DNA of 64,000 nucleotides, taken from Squalus acanthias (taxonomy: Eukaryota). Shown piece after piece: positions 62,598 to 64,000 of the stretch (its first letter is position 1; each line of letters begins with the position of its first letter). Where the stretch lies: NCBI GenBank assembly GCA_030390025.1, contig CM059431.1, positions 127,536,001 to 127,600,000 of the forward strand. Reading direction: 5' to 3'. Both the position numbers and the translations under genes were made by a program. The notes under the pieces are model-generated. The model had not been told where the DNA came from, ran no database searches, and saw only the letters and a list, made by a program, of their open reading frames with translations.

Positions 62598-64000
62598 CTA
62601 GGACGCACCCAGCCCGAGTACCTGTGCCCGCTCACCTATGATGAGTGGCGCAGACCTTGTGTAGAGATCAGGGTAGAGGCCATTCGGGGAAAGTATCTAG
62701 TGGACACCGGAGCTTCCAGTACGGTGGTTCACTCACCAAACCCGACCACTTCTCCATGGTCGAGCAGGGTCCCGTTTAAGTTAGTGGGTTTCACAGGGAA
62801 CGAGCAGGCTGGGGCGGTATCGAAACCTTTCTCTGTAGGGTTAGGACCCCTTGTCACTAAGTGGGAATGCGTACTGATGCAATGGGATCAGCCCGGCGCG
62901 GGGGTCCTCGGAGCTGATTTTATGCTGGCCCACTATGTGATCGTGGAAATGAGAAACCACTGTCTATGGGGGGCAGTTGGTTCAGATAAACCTGAGGAAG
63001 TTCTAGTTATCCCCAAGGCGGAGAAAGTGAAAGGTAGCGCCTATACTATGAAGCCGAAGAGAAGCTATGACTTGGAACATTTGGTCCGTAGCACCCCGGA
63101 AAGATATCGGGGGTGTGAAAATTAATCCCGCAGTGTTCACCACTCACCGACATGAATGTGGTAGGGTAACGGGGGTAGAGGTGGAGGTACACGGGGACCC
63201 AATGTCGCGACCTCAGAAACAGTATAGTTTTCCCCAGGAAGCAGAGAAGGACATGGAAACTGCACTGAGCTCCCTGGTGGAACAATGGGTACTGAGGCCG
63301 ATAGCGACCCACGTAAATTCACCCCTATGGCCAGTTAAGAAGCCCGATCAATCATGGAGAGCCACGGCAGACTACCGGGTTCTCGATAAAGGTATTCCGG
63401 CATGCGCGCCCACGGTAGCAGCAGTGGCCGATCTAATAGGGAATATCCCTGCGGAGGCAACGACGTTCACTGTATTGGACATAGCTAACGGGTTCTGGTC
63501 TATCCCAGTAAGATGGGAGGATCAGTATAAATTTGCCTTTACATTCAAAGGGCAACAGTATACGTGGACGTGCCTCCCGCAAGGGTTTCATAACAGTCCC
63601 TCGATTTTCCATCAGTGTATGGCTAATGCTTTAAACAATTTCAGTCAGCCTAGCTAGTTGATCCAATACGTGGATAACCTATTATTATTCTCAGAAAGTG
63701 CAGAGGACCACGGGCCACTACTGGACGAGCTACTAAAACTAATACAATAGCAAAATATTGCGGATGCTGGAAATCTGAAATAACAACAGAAAATGCTGGA
63801 AATACTCAGCAGGTCAGGCAGCATCCGTGGAGAGAGAAACAGAGTTAACGTTTCAGGTCTGGGACCCTTCATCATTCTGATCAAGGGTCCCAGACCTGAA
63901 ACGTTAACTCTGTTTCTCTCTCCACGGATGCTGCCTGGCCTGCTGAGTATTTCCAGCATTTTCTGTTGTTATTTGAGCTACTAAAACTGTTGGGGGAGGC
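62598..64000 (+). pseudogene. pol: pro-pol (aspartic protease and RT), disrupted, runs off the window
   Basis: YLVDTGASST, VLGADFM, NSPLWPVKKPDQSWR, TVLDIANGFWSIP, QYTWTCLPQGFHNSPSIFH, IQYVDNLL. Confidence 0.93.
63741..63974. mobile_element. Penelope-derived fold-back insertion in the RT gene
   Basis: Inverted repeat of about 95 bp. 14-bp TSD GAGCTACTAAAACT (63727-63740 and 63975-63988). Arms are homologous to the pLTR at 59459-59558. Confidence 0.9.

Noticed and set aside
63654..63984. Near-identical ORFs on both strands
   Set aside because: Artefact of the inverted repeat.

Overview
Eukaryotic, transposon-saturated vertebrate DNA. The CR1, L2, Harbinger and Penelope families suggest a cartilaginous fish (shark); this is an inference. 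No host protein-coding exon could be supported, so the window is probably intronic or intergenic. Main contents: (i) an internally deleted endogenous foamy-like (spumaretrovirus) provirus, 32650-36203 on the minus strand, with a GACC target-site duplication (TSD), a complete 1.14-kb 3' LTR, a PPT, decayed RNase H and integrase closely matching foamy virus Pol, and a probable env start stub. It is nested inside a Harbinger Myb/SANT gene. (ii) A second, unrelated retrovirus-like provirus from about 59.3 kb to the window end, with a coiled-coil/CA/zinc-knuckle Gag, a UGA-CUAG readthrough junction, protease and RT (lokiretrovirus-like candidate). (iii) A 1.66-kb solo LTR. (iv) About eight PIF/Harbinger elements that keep the spliced Myb/SANT gene but mostly lack the transposase; one has an open three-exon reading frame. 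(v) Penelope-derived pieces and fold-backs carrying minimal hammerhead ribozymes. (vi) Many CR1/L2 LINE and SINE fragments. (vii) A TE-free island at about 55.3-56.6 kb with a dense cluster of TGACAG (MEIS/PREP/TGIF) sites, a candidate enhancer. Boundaries of degenerate elements are approximate.
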